Source: Hypanus sabinus (lineage: Eukaryota). Taken from it: a stretch of DNA of 64,000 nt. The notes beneath the pieces are model-generated. The model did no database searches. It was given only the letters and a program-made list of their open reading frames with translations, and had not been told where the DNA came from. A program made the translations under genes and the position numbers. Numbering within the stretch: position 1 is the first letter of the stretch; the number at the start of each line of letters is the position of its first letter. Positions 11,674-23,070 of the stretch are shown here, piece after piece. The DNA lies in assembly GCF_030144855.1 (NCBI RefSeq), contig NC_082731.1:21390001-21454000 (forward strand), written 5' to 3'.

Positions 11674-13658
11674 ATGGGGATAATAACGCATTTACTGCTG
11701 CTGTTGCTGCACGGTGAGTATGACGAAACATTTTGAAATCTTTGCACCTGCGAGCAAGTCTAACTTACAAGAGTCTAAATGTATATTGAGACAAACCTTG
11801 TCGTAAATCTTGCACTAATTCACGATTCAATCTGTACTCAATTGATGCGGAGGAGATACTCACTTACACTCTAACATCAGGAAAATAACTGAAGGGGAAT
11901 TTAGAATGAAATTGTTGCTTTAATTTTATCAAATTGGTACAGGTCGTTATAGTGACCTGCTGAAAATTCCTGAAATATTAAATTTTGGAGTATTGTGCCT
12001 CATCCCTTAGTATTTATATGTTGGAACCAATTCAGCCGAGCTCTCTGACGCATCAATTCTCATTTTCCGTTAAAAGTCTCTGAGGGTAAAAATGCCTTGT
12101 TTCATATTGGTTTGTTGATTTTTTTTTGTGACTTCTGCCTTGTGTCCTATTTTATATTAATTTCCAAGCGGTACTAGCTTATTTCATTCACCAGAAAAAA
12201 AAGCTATTAGCGCTAAGTAGATTCGTTTTGTCATATCTGATAATAATGTAATTCACAGAACGATACCTCTGTTTAGTGGCGAGCATGGAATTCAATTTCC
12301 ATGTTCTGCGGGATAGTTAGCGCTCATGGCCTTATCTGTGGTGTATCCCGCCGGGCACAGGTTCATAACAGTGGTAGACGATGAGAATATTCCTCACTCC
12401 GATTCATTCGATGTTTACAATTTATTATTCACAGATGTAATATTATACGCAGATATAATAATATGATTTCATCTCAATAGAAATTAACGGCCAGGTTAAC
12501 TGCCTGAAACGTTCCAAAGTCATATTGGCTGGGTCAATATAACCATGCCATCTACAATAATAACTCATGTTAGGAATGTGAATGAAAGGGCCCTTCCATT
12601 CATAGCCCACGTGGTGGAATGGTGCATCTAACCAGTGGAAAATGTATCTGAACATGCTTCGCACTCTATCACTGTGGATATATAAGGATATCCTTCATAT
12701 GTTCTGTTCTGAATACAAACGTGCATTAGTAAATTTTGTAAATGGACTACCAATGTGGACTAGTGAGAACATGGTCTCCGCTATGGTCACACGTTAGTCA
12801 GCAAAATGACATGTCAAGAAATCATAGCAGGGATATTACCTGGAAAGCAAAGCAAACTGAAATAATTGATGCTATTTTAGTCGTTGCTTCAATAACATTT
12901 GACAATTTACAGGGAATAACTGACCTCTTATTTATTTATTAATGGATTCGTTTTACTTCTTCTATTCTCGTTCGTCGTTCTCTCTTCCATTTGTGATTTT
13001 CTCATCGCTTTTATAAAGGAAGTGCCAAAGTGTTGTAGGGCTTTGCAGAAAGTTTGCAGAATACTTTCATAACTATGCAACACGTATAACTTCAGGTATA
13101 ATTAAATATGTAAGAAGAACAAAAACAAGACCCTGTTTTCTTTAGTGTAACGTTTCTGTCTGTCGTTCAAGGAAATAGGGCAAAAGTTCAGAAGTTCAAT
13201 CTTCAGGAATTAATTCTTGACGGTTTAGTGGTTCAGTTTCAGTCCAAACTGGATGCCGAAATGAATATCCACAGACGTCGAGTCACATTTGATTGATCGT
13301 TCAGCTGGACTTGCTTCTTTTCAAATTCTGGCAGTAATCTTGCCTATATTTCTCCTGTTTCATTAGGGAGTGTCCTTGCAGGCGAGTTATTCCAGTCACC
13401 CAGTTCTCTAACCGTCCAACTTGGAGACGCGGCACAGTTCAACTGCATCGACAATATCTCTGAAATATCTGCTATACACTGGTACAAAATGAGTCAAGGG
13501 AGGGAGCTGGAGCGGGTGTTAAGCATCACAAGCAGCGGTAAAAATGCAGTTGGACGACTCGAGATCATGCTGAGTGGTGCCAAAAAGCAAGGATATTTGG
13601 CTATTAGGATAACGAAGATGACGGATTCAGCCGTTCATTACTGTGCCGTCCAAATGCT
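11674..13658 (+). CDS. V1: TCR alpha/delta-like V gene segment (leader exon 11674-11713, V exon 13367-13658), open reading frame
   Basis: Leader MGIITHLLLLLLH + g|GTGAGT (phase 1); acceptor cattAG at 13365-13366. Spliced product MGIITHLLLLLLHGSVLA-GELFQSPSSLTVQLGDAAQFNCIDNISEISAIHWYKMSQGRELERVLSITSSGKNAVGRLEIMLSGAKKQGYLAIRITKMTDSAVHYCAVQM has Cys23, Trp41 and Cys104. The leader assignment (1653-nt intron) is inferred. Confidence 0.85.
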
Positions 13659-13697
13659 CAAGGTGGATATAATGAGAAGCACTGCTGTACAAAAACC
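13659..13697 (+). other. 23-RSS of V1 with non-canonical heptamer
   Basis: CAAGGTG (13659-13665) + 23-nt spacer + perfect nonamer ACAAAAACC (13689-13697). Confidence 0.85.
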
Positions 13698-14159
13698 TCT
13701 ACTCTGGCGTCTCCCAATCTGCAGAATGTTAGTCTCTGCATGATAAGCAACTATTCCTTGCACAGAATGAAAATATTTACTTTTGATCTCATGTCAGTTC
13801 ATTTTGCATACTTGAAAGAAGAAATAAAGATTCCCTATTTAACCCTTTGGCCTCATTTCGGTACTCCGGGACTTATGTTTCATCACAAACCTTTCTTTTT
13901 TCTATCCTCCTCATCTCCAAGTGTTTCTACCGTCTTACAACTTACTCCTTACAATAAAAGTACCAATTTTTAACGATATTACTGATAATAGCTACATTTG
14001 TGGGTGATATTTCCAATTCGTTGGGCTGAATGTTCTGCAAGATATCGACAGAAAAACAATTCAGTTTGATGGAGATTAAGAGTGTGGAATTGTTGGCTTT
14101 GTATAACCAGTCTCCTTGGCAAACTGTTTGGTCTGAGAATGTTGGATCACTGTATCACA

Positions 14160-14564
14160 NNNNNNNNNNNNNNNNNNNNNNNNNNNNNNNNNNNNNNNNN
14201 NNNNNNNNNNNNNNNNNNNNNNNNNNNNNNNNNNNNNNNNNNNNNNNNNNNNNNNNNNNNNNNNNNNNNNNNNNNNNNNNNNNNNNNNNNNNNNNNNNNN
14301 NNNNNNNNNNNNNNNNNNNNNNNNNNNNNNNNNNNNNNNNNNNNNNNNNNNNNNNNNNNNNNNNNNNNNNNNNNNNNNNNNNNNNNNNNNNNNNNNNNNN
14401 NNNNNNNNNNNNNNNNNNNNNNNNNNNNNNNNNNNNNNNNNNNNNNNNNNNNNNNNNNNNNNNNNNNNNNNNNNNNNNNNNNNNNNNNNNNNNNNNNNNN
14501 NNNNNNNNNNNNNNNNNNNNNNNNNNNNNNNNNNNNNNNNNNNNNNNNNNNNNNNNNNNNNNNN
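14160..14564. other. Assembly gap (405 N)
   Basis: Run of N. The ORFs 14030..14629 and 14082..14606 are artefacts of it. Confidence 1.
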
Positions 14565-16599
14565 AAGCGATTTCCCGAATATCTTTTAATGATTGGAATT
14601 TTCTAGTCCGGAAACTTGAAGGAAGGTGAAGTAAAAAATTCTGAGGAAGACCACTGAAATTAAAATGTAAAGTGAGAAGGCAGTTGATGACAAAAATAAG
14701 ACGTGGTCTGATTGAACGTTGTAATTCCGGAAGCTGGAGTGACTGTATGTGTAACCTAACACAGCTCTGAAATTTGTCTGAAATCGTTTCAGGGCAAAGG
14801 TGACAATGACAGCAGGATTATTGTAGGCTAGCTACAAAGCTGTTGTTCATGTTAAGTAATCATAACTTGGGGTAATCGGTCAGTTTTCATTCTGCATCAC
14901 TCTGGATTCTGCGATGCATCCAAAAAATGGCTCGTATAGCAGTCATGTGGGCTCCATTGAACTGCAAAGCCATTTTTTTGCTGCAAGATTCAGATCAGCT
15001 CGGGAAGGTAAATGCAAACCAATATTGCGTAAGAAGTTTTATTAAGAACACCCACCGGTTTCAAAATTCGTGCCACATTGCAGAATAAATACACCCTTTG
15101 TGCCTATATTCAGTACGGTGTTTTTCTAATTAATGTAGACTAGGCAGAAAACGTATGGTGGGAGATTTTCTAGGATGTTGATAATTTATAATCTGATACT
15201 GCACCACCACGTGACGCTCAATGGGGACCTTTACTCTTATTGCTGATGTCGCTGTCGCTCCTGGGTAAATTAAGAATACGATATCCGATTGAAACAGAAC
15301 ATATTCTTTGTATTCCATTCGTTGACGACATGTACCGGAGTGCATGGACAAAGCTTCGAGCGATGTCTGATCTCAGCACCTACTTGTGTCTGACGGTAAG
15401 AGATAAGCGCGTATTTCCTCTTGCTTACGTTTTCTGATATTATATAACCGCTGTTTCGAAGTAATAAATCATAAATATGTCAGTGCAACATCGCTAACAT
15501 CTTCTTTCTGCAGAGGTGCACACAGCCGAGTTTCATATTCTTTTAAATTCCTCAATTTAGATATCTTCCAGTGCTGGTCTGTTTTCCAAAGGACTGCAGT
15601 TTATATTTTATCTCACGCTGTCACACCTGAATAGTGGATGTTACTTCTCATGTTGCTGAAACTGTTGTCTCAAATGTTAAATGGAGCTGTTTTAAGATCC
15701 GATTTAACTTTGCTGAGGCAGGTGCAACAAAAAAAATTAAAGAAAAACTCCTATTAATTCTCTGTGATAGTGCTCTGTAACTTTATGCTGCTACTGCATA
15801 ATTATTTCGACTTATTTATTTTTTTATCACTCTCTTTATCAGTGAGCCTGTGCCCTGGAAATACCCACCTATCCAAATTAATCAAGCGTTCTGTTAGTTA
15901 CGGCAGTACTTTTTCCTCGTCTTTAATATGTATCCCATCGATATCTGAAATACAGAGAAAATAGCTGACGTGTTTATAGTGACATTACGTTCATCCATCT
16001 ATGTCAAGCACCTTCTCTGGCACTATATACTCTTCCTTTCCAAGACGATTCATTAATCATCTGTGGGTTGGTTTTCTTCGTACTATGTTAGACAACCAAG
16101 CTGGGGTGAGCAAGTAGAGGCAGCTTTCAATGTGGACCGCGATCCAACTGTTAAAGACCGTGCATTGGGACAGATTTTTTTTTCTGAGATGATGAACAAG
16201 CAATAAGCAAGAGGTGGTGCGGAAAAAATGCAAACTTTCATCCAAGGCCCCTTCATAATAAAAAAAAAACAGAATATCGCCATATTTTTACCTGAGACGA
16301 ATAATGAACGACAGAGGTGTTTTGAAAAGAGGAGAATTTCAGTCAGCAGATTTTAAGTGCAGAACTTCGCGGCAGTTTATCCGAGTTGAGAAGTGATCAC
16401 GTAACAAGAGGTTTTCATTCGAAGTGGCTAATTAAATGGACTAGGTGCCGGCGAACGGTCTTTTCTAGCGTGCGTCATTGTTTACCGTAGTTTTAGCTCA
16501 TCATATGGAGGCAAGATCATACTTGGGGTTGAGGCGTATTTTGTAAGTTTATCTCATTTGTTCTTATTTGTACATTCCTCTTCTGTTGGGATTTTTTTT

Positions 16600-17350
16600 T
16601 TTCCGTGATAATGACTCCAGGGGCTGGGTTTAGTACCTTGTGTGGGAAGTCTGGGAAACAGTTTCCTGTACAAACACGTCGACACCAGGTGCACAGATCT
16701 TCTGCTGAGAGAAAGTTTTCTGGAATTGGAGTTGCAGCTCAATGCCTTTCGACACGAAGGAAAAATAAGGCGATATGCAGGAGCTATAGCGAAGTAGTGA
16801 CTCCAAGACTGAAGAAGACAGTTAACTGCGTGACTGTCAGTGGATGTGAAATGGTGAGTCAATGTAGAATAGACCTAGTTCCATTGTCTTCAAGACTTTA
16901 AATAATATTTAGTTGTGAAAATATCCCGTGGAGCAAAAAATACCGTCTGCCTGATGTTGTAGCTCAGCCAAGTAGTTACATGAAGTGTATTGCTGTGATT
17001 GCAGTAGATTCCATCGTAAGAGTCACAAAAACGATTTTCAGTGATTACGATAGAGACACCATAATGGTGCCCGAAGCACCCATGTCTTGGATCGGGTCCT
17101 TGACATCGTCAACGGCTTAAGTGAACAGTCTAGCTACATGTTGGCATCAATGTCAAAAGTAGACAAGCCTAAGATAGCCCTGAAGAGAGATTTTATGGAA
17201 CTAGGTAGAAAGATGAGAAACATTAATCCTCCGCTGTTAATCTTTCGATTGTTAGTTATCTCAAGGGGGGGCAGCATGAAAAAGGAGACGGTGTTAATAG
17301 GGAAACGTGCAATAATTGTGATGCGTTGCAAAGTACAAGGCAAACAAAAT
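16600..17350 (+). mobile_element. CR1 ORF1 remnant
   Basis: ...SYSEVVTP (about 16780-16805) and KRDFMELGRKMRN...LLIFRLL (esterase region) follow the CR1 ORF1 pattern. Confidence 0.6.
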
Positions 17351-18899
17351 TGAACAGGTTTGTAAGAGCATTTCTTTTTCCATACAAGAGTCCGGTGCAG
17401 CTATTCTTTATGAGACTCTTTACTTACGTGACACAGAGAGCCGTCCGTCAGGAGCGCAACAATTCTGGTTACAATCAATACACCGCCCTACTAATAGCTT
17501 ACTCTAACGGGTATGGCTTGATCTACCTGTCCATATATGGTATTATTCGAAGTAAGCTGCAGGGCGGAAAACAGCTGATTCATAGAGAGTTACATTGTAG
17601 AGCAGTAGACCAGACGGCAGCAGTACTATTTTCTGCCAAACCAGACTTTAAGCAAAGCAGAGACACATTCAAATAGGCCAGCGAATGTATTTAATGGTCC
17701 CTGTTGCCTAAGTCTTCCATGTCTCCTTCCTTTTGACCATTCGGTTCAATTCTCCTCCTGCATGATAGTGGATTCATATGAAGAGGTGGAGGGCGGATGA
17801 TGTGCGCATTTCCAAATAGGGTTTCTCATCATACTTCGGATTGCTGTTTTGTCCCTTGTCGTGTAGCTCCGGTCCGCTGGTTAATGTTGTAAAGATAACG
17901 TTCTCGGAGGGATGCACGAAGCAAGAGGTCTGGAAAGCGCTTTGCATTTTAATAAAATAGCACCACGATTATTCAGAGGAATATAATTCAGCAATGGACA
18001 ATTGTTGCGTAGGAGTTCACTAAAGGTGTGCCACTATACTCGTAGGTTATACTCATGATATTCCTCACCCGTATCCGGAATTCATTCTACACTTTCTCTG
18101 CATTGTCCGCTAGATTGGTGATAGTCTCAGACTCAACTGGGAAATAGCTGCAACGTTGATGACCTATACCCTTGCGAACTCCACCTTTTTTCTCCGAGTA
18201 TATAACTAAGGCCATCCTGTTCAGCAAAACGCTCCAACTGTTATGTCTTCTATGATTCCACACTAGCTATCACCGCTTCTGTTTCCTCACCTAGCTAGCT
18301 TCTCAAGCCTACCTGATTTTAATCCTGTGCCCATAAGTCTGCGCTCATTTGATGGATGTCGGTAGGTCCTGATCACTGGGGCTGATAACTAGATATATTC
18401 CTCGCCTCGCAGGTGGCAAACATAGTACTGTTGTTTTGGAGTTCAGGAAGTCTATCCCTGCTGCTAATTAGGGATCGAGTGGTCCAGCACTCTTTTAACT
18501 ATGAGAACTATTACTTCAGCGGGAAATGAGCTTTCAAGACTAAAGAAACATGATGCGACTGTATTCGTAGCAATCATTGTGTGGGCAGGTAAAAGGCCAG
18601 GGTATAAATTGACTTGACAGCTAGTCCATAGGGGCCATAGGCGAGCTGGAATTTGACCTCCGCTCCGGCAATGAAGTCTCGCATGTAATAACTGTAAATC
18701 GTATCTGTAAATACCTATAAATCGCCGGGCGGCGTATTTAATAATTGTCACCTCTGAGTAAGCCAATTATGAATCGCCACTTGTTTATTAAGTGGTTCAA
18801 TGGAGTTGCTCTATGTTATTGCGCATCTGAGCACGGGTTTATAGTTTTGAAATAGAGACAGAGCCACGATTATCCCGCGTATTGACAGGTCCCTGCCCC

Positions 18900-19135
18900 A
18901 CGGTTCTATCAGACAGCCACTCACTGATGGTCCTCCCAGTATTTCGTGTTTCCCAGCTAAAAACGTCTATTACTTCTCCCTCAGCCCCAATCACCCCACC
19001 ACCCCCTTCTGCCCGCCTCGCCCATGGCTCCCTTGTCTATATGGTGTGGCGCCTCCTGGCATCTAACCTGTTACGTGGTAAGGTCCAGTACCTTGCGGAT
19101 TGTAAAGTTTAAGGGCCAGATGTACGTACTTGAAT
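18900..19135 (+). mobile_element. Gypsy (chromovirus-type) integrase C-terminal/chromodomain remnant
   Basis: PVFRVSQLK...PPPPSARLAHGSLVYMVWRLLASNLLRGKVQYLADCKV*GP resembles HPVFHVS.LK...PPPP....Y.V.RLL......GR.QYLVDW.GYGP. Confidence 0.65.
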
Positions 19136-19195
19136 CCCGGTGAAGGTCATTTTGGTGGAACACAGCAGGAAAGGCAGCATCTATAGGGAGAAGAG

Positions 19196-19235
19196 CTGTC
19201 GACGTTTAGGGCCGAGAACCTTCGTCAGGACTAAC
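19196..19235 (-). ncRNA. Degenerate hammerhead motif
   Basis: Minus strand: gttagtc CTGACGA aggttctcggccc TAAA cgtc gac. The catalytic GAAA is mutated to TAAA. Confidence 0.5.
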
Positions 19236-19921
19236 CAAAAGGTAAGATAGTAAGCTATTTGAAAGTAGTGGCGGGAGCGAGAATACGTAAAGATAGGAGA
19301 AGACGGGAGGGGGTGGGATGAAGCTAAGAGCTGAAAAGGTGATTGGCGAAAGTGATACATAGCTGGAGAAGGGAAAGGATCATAGGACGGGAGGCCTCAG
19401 GAGAAAGAAAGGGGGAGGGACATCGGAGGGGGATGGAGAACAGGCAAACAACTAACTATGTTAGGGATGGGGTAAGAAGGGTAGGAGGGGCATTAACGGA
19501 ATTTAGAGAAGTCAATTTTCATGCCATCAGGTTGGAGGCTACCCAGCCGTTATATAAGGTGTGGCTCCTACAACCTGAGCTTGGATTCATTTTGACAATA
19601 GAGGAGGCCATAAATAGACATATCAGAATGGGAATGGGATGTGGAATTAAAATGTGTGGCCACTGGGAGATTCTACTTTTTCTGGCGGGCCGAGCGTAGG
19701 TGTTCAGCGAAACGGTGTCCCAGTCTGCGTCGGGTCTAACCAATATATAAAAGGTCACACCGTGAGCACCGGACGCAGTATACCAAACCAGCCGACTCAC
19801 AGGTGAAGTGTCGCCTCACCTGGGAGGACTGTCTGGGGTCCTGAATGGTGGTCAGGGAGGAAGTGTAACGGCAGATGTAGCTTTCAAATCTCTTAGTATC
19901 TCTTACTATCTTTCCATTCAG

Positions 19922-19960
19922 TTAGTCCTGACGAAGTGTCTCGGCCCGAAACGTCGACAG
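19922..19960 (+). ncRNA. Minimal hammerhead motif
   Basis: gtc CTGACGA (19928-19934) agtgtctcggccc GAAA (19948-19951) cgtc gac. Stem I gtc/gac; stem II carries a mismatch. Confidence 0.55.
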
Positions 19961-22737
19961 CGCTTCTCCCTATAGATGTTGACTGGCCTTCTGTGTTCCA
20001 CCATCATTTTGTGAGTGTTGTTGCTTGAATTTCCAGCATCTGCAAACTTCCTCGTGTTTGAAGGGCATTTTTAGACAGGTCGTTCAGCCGGGACCGCAAG
20101 CCGGCATAACGGCGCTTGCCTGCCTGTGTAGCACGTGGCCTAAAAAATTAGACTGACTCTGAAGACTAGCGGTATACTTTTAATTCGTGGACGTTCTTTG
20201 CAGTGGCAGTATGAGTTTCGTTCATAATTTGAGGGTTCATAATTCATAAGTCTCGTTTGGTCTGGAGTTTATTGTTTTCTTTTCCCTTTAACACTGCTCG
20301 CATTAAAGTCTGTGAATTATCTACCAGCTTCAGTTCCTCCCACTGCGCACATGGGCCATGTCCGCACCGGGAGACAGATAGAACCCCGATTCTCCAATTC
20401 TGTACCACTTCCCTATGTAGTGCACAAAAAAAAAAAAACATTACACTACTTGTCATACTGGGCCCTGTGCCTATCGTCCGCCCATCCAGACTCCGTACCT
20501 GAATATGCGCACCTTCGCCTGCATTCTCCAATCTTTTCAAGATTGTTCCGCTACTCATTTGGGAGGACTGCTGGCCTATATTAAAGAAAGCACTAAACCG
20601 TTTAGATTGCGGTCACTGCTGCAGTCAGATCTATTGTCATAGTAGATATTAATTTCAAATCCTCTTACTGGTGATCACTACGGTCGTTTATTGGTGCTAG
20701 GACAACCAACCTACAAAGGGCATCAGTGTCTTCCTCTACAGTGTTCCATTCCACCCGGGGCTTTAAATCCCCTTGAATGAGGCAATGATGCAGATTCTTA
20801 CTGTCGCTGCTACACTTCTTCTTTGACATAACGTGCTTTAAATCTATTTCACTTATGAGGTTTTGACCACTTCATGATTGTACAATATGTTTATAATGAA
20901 AACGCCGAAGCCAACGTTTAGTTTAGTTGTTCAAGTCTCTTTTTCAAATTGACGAGGTATCGATCAGTCGTAGGAACTCTTCGAAGTACGACACTTCCGT
21001 CACTTCCAGTGTCAAAAATATAATACTACACCATATTAAATCATGATATTTCATATTTTATGAAAGTTCTTTGCCGGAAATAGTGAACTTTCTATATAGT
21101 CTACATTTTTTCATATTACAGCAGTCAACGTTCCAACAGATAAAATTACTTTAATCAAAATAACCCCCTGCAAAAAAAAACTTTCTTTATGCATATTTTC
21201 CCAATTTACAGTTGCAGTGTGCGCTGACAAATTACTGAACCAAGTGCTAAGAAACAACTGTTTACCGTGAGATACAGAGCAAATTATATTTGTAGGAAAT
21301 TGTAACAGATCCTAGGTGGCTTGAGCGAGCTATACAGTGAGTTGAAGGACACTCGATACAAAAGGGTTTCGCAAACAGCGCTGATAATAGAAAATAGAAC
21401 AGCATTGTTCGTGAAAAAAAGTCATACACCACAGTGCTCAACGGTTTTAGTTGAAAACAGTTTGAAAATAAAGGTGGGATCCTTTATTACCTTATCAGGC
21501 TCTCTTTCAGGAAGGAAAATAGCACATTGTTTCTCGAACAATTTAATAGCGATTTCGCCCAAGAGAATTTTACAAAGCGGCATCGGTGCTAACTTTGCAG
21601 AGCGGACTTTTGAATCCGCAGTGGTTGAGATTCATATTATAAGATATCTAATAATCCGTTGACATCACTTTAATTTCAATATCATATAATGATGTCTAGG
21701 CATGATCTTTGCATTCTATATTATTTTTTGCATATCACGGCCTTTCGACTGTTCGTATCACTTGCTGTTTTGGCAAGCCTTAACACTAGCCTATATTTAA
21801 TCAAGGAAAAACTCTCTGTGTTCATTTTACCCATTTACTGTTAGGTTGTCTACCCTGTTTCTGTTACACTCCACCTAGTCTCATTTGTACCACAACTGCT
21901 CTAGACTGTTTACAGATCCATATACCATACCTCTAACATTTAAGACAGTAACTATTATTTTAAATCGTGCTGATTTTGTATGATTCGTATGTTCGCTACG
22001 AAGTTATCACTATCCTGTAATATGCAGTTAGACCCATTGCTTCCTCGCCGCATGGTACTTTTGAGACAGCATGCCATCTTTAAAGTATCATGATTGCACA
22101 ACAATCTTATGAATGGTGTTAATGTTATTTCCTGAAACGTGAAATGCCAGCTGTGCAATTTGCAGCAAAGAAGAATTAACGATCCCTCTGTAAACTTCTT
22201 CCCAGTCCAAGTGGATCAAATGGAACTAACAAAGGTTAGCTGCAAATTAAAATCCATTTTCGCCCTGTACAAGTGCACTAACATTTGTCATTTGTGATTG
22301 TGGTGTCACAATCCTTCAAGGTTAGATTGCATTTCCGTCCCCACGTGAGGTAAATTATCATGTAAAATTGCAATGAAAATATATGGCGGAATGCGTGAAT
22401 TTTTAAGACAAAAGCATATATTGGCTAAAGATAAGCGTGTCCGCTCACTGTCTGCATCCACCCTAATGCAAGGGAACTAGGCTGTTCTTTGAAATAGAGA
22501 ACAATAATAAGAATGGGCGATTGCTATTTCTTTCGTCGGGTGAATGACTATAGGCATATTTCGGTGTCAGATTGTGCTTTGAAACTCATGGAGTTGCTAT
22601 CTTTTGAAGGCGATTCAATATGCTGGTTAATAATCGAAAAAGATATATATTTTGATTTGGTCAATATTCGGACGATCAAGGATGTGTAGCGTTCTGAATA
22701 CCGGGATAAAACTCAGCTGCCACTAGAGAGATCAAAT

Positions 22738-22776
22738 ATTTATTATCTTCTGTCAGACGAGCTCTAGGGCATTGTG
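22738..22776 (-). other. Decayed 23-RSS of V2
   Basis: CACAATG (22776-22770) + 23 nt + ATAATAAAT. Confidence 0.7.
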
Positions 22777-23070
22777 CGCCACAGAATACATAATGCCTGG
22801 CAGTGTATTTTAGATGTAGTTTAGTTAGGGTTAGTATCTCCATTCATTCAGTTGTTCTATCAATCATTGTCCGAGAATATTCTTTCGGTGGCCGTCGAAA
22901 TTTTTACAGAGCAATGGAAACTCCAGTGATTCTCCGAGATATTAACAGTACCAAATTCATAGGGTTGCTCGTGCTTGTAATTCCGTAGTTACAGTTCAAC
23001 AGTGCATGTTCCCCTACCACGACTGCGGTGAGATTAGATAACTGGTAAACGGCATTGCCTCGGCAATACC
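22777..23070 (-). pseudogene. V2: TCR alpha/delta V pseudogene (same family as V3-V5)
   Basis: YCRGNAVYQLSNLTAVVVGEHALLNCNYGITSTSN, then a frameshift into WYC*YLGESLE, further indels, and an end at ...gta ttc tgt ggc g. The acceptor position reads ttcGA instead of ttcAG. Possible decayed leader at about 23264-23310. Confidence 0.85.

Larger units (their letters stand above)
19145..20060 (-). mobile_element. Penelope-like retroelement 3' fragment (minus strand, about 19145-19875) with inverted pseudo-LTR copy (plus strand, about 19880-20060)
   Basis: Minus strand gives VVYCVRCSRCDLLYIG...RFAEHLRS...DLPVATHFNSTSHSHSDMSI (GIY-YIG). About 19149-19265 and 19881-20010 are reverse complements. Confidence 0.8.

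Noticed and set aside
14030-14629. Longest ORFs in the track (199 and 174 aa), and likewise 34878..35162
   Set aside because: They are open only because they run through N-gaps.
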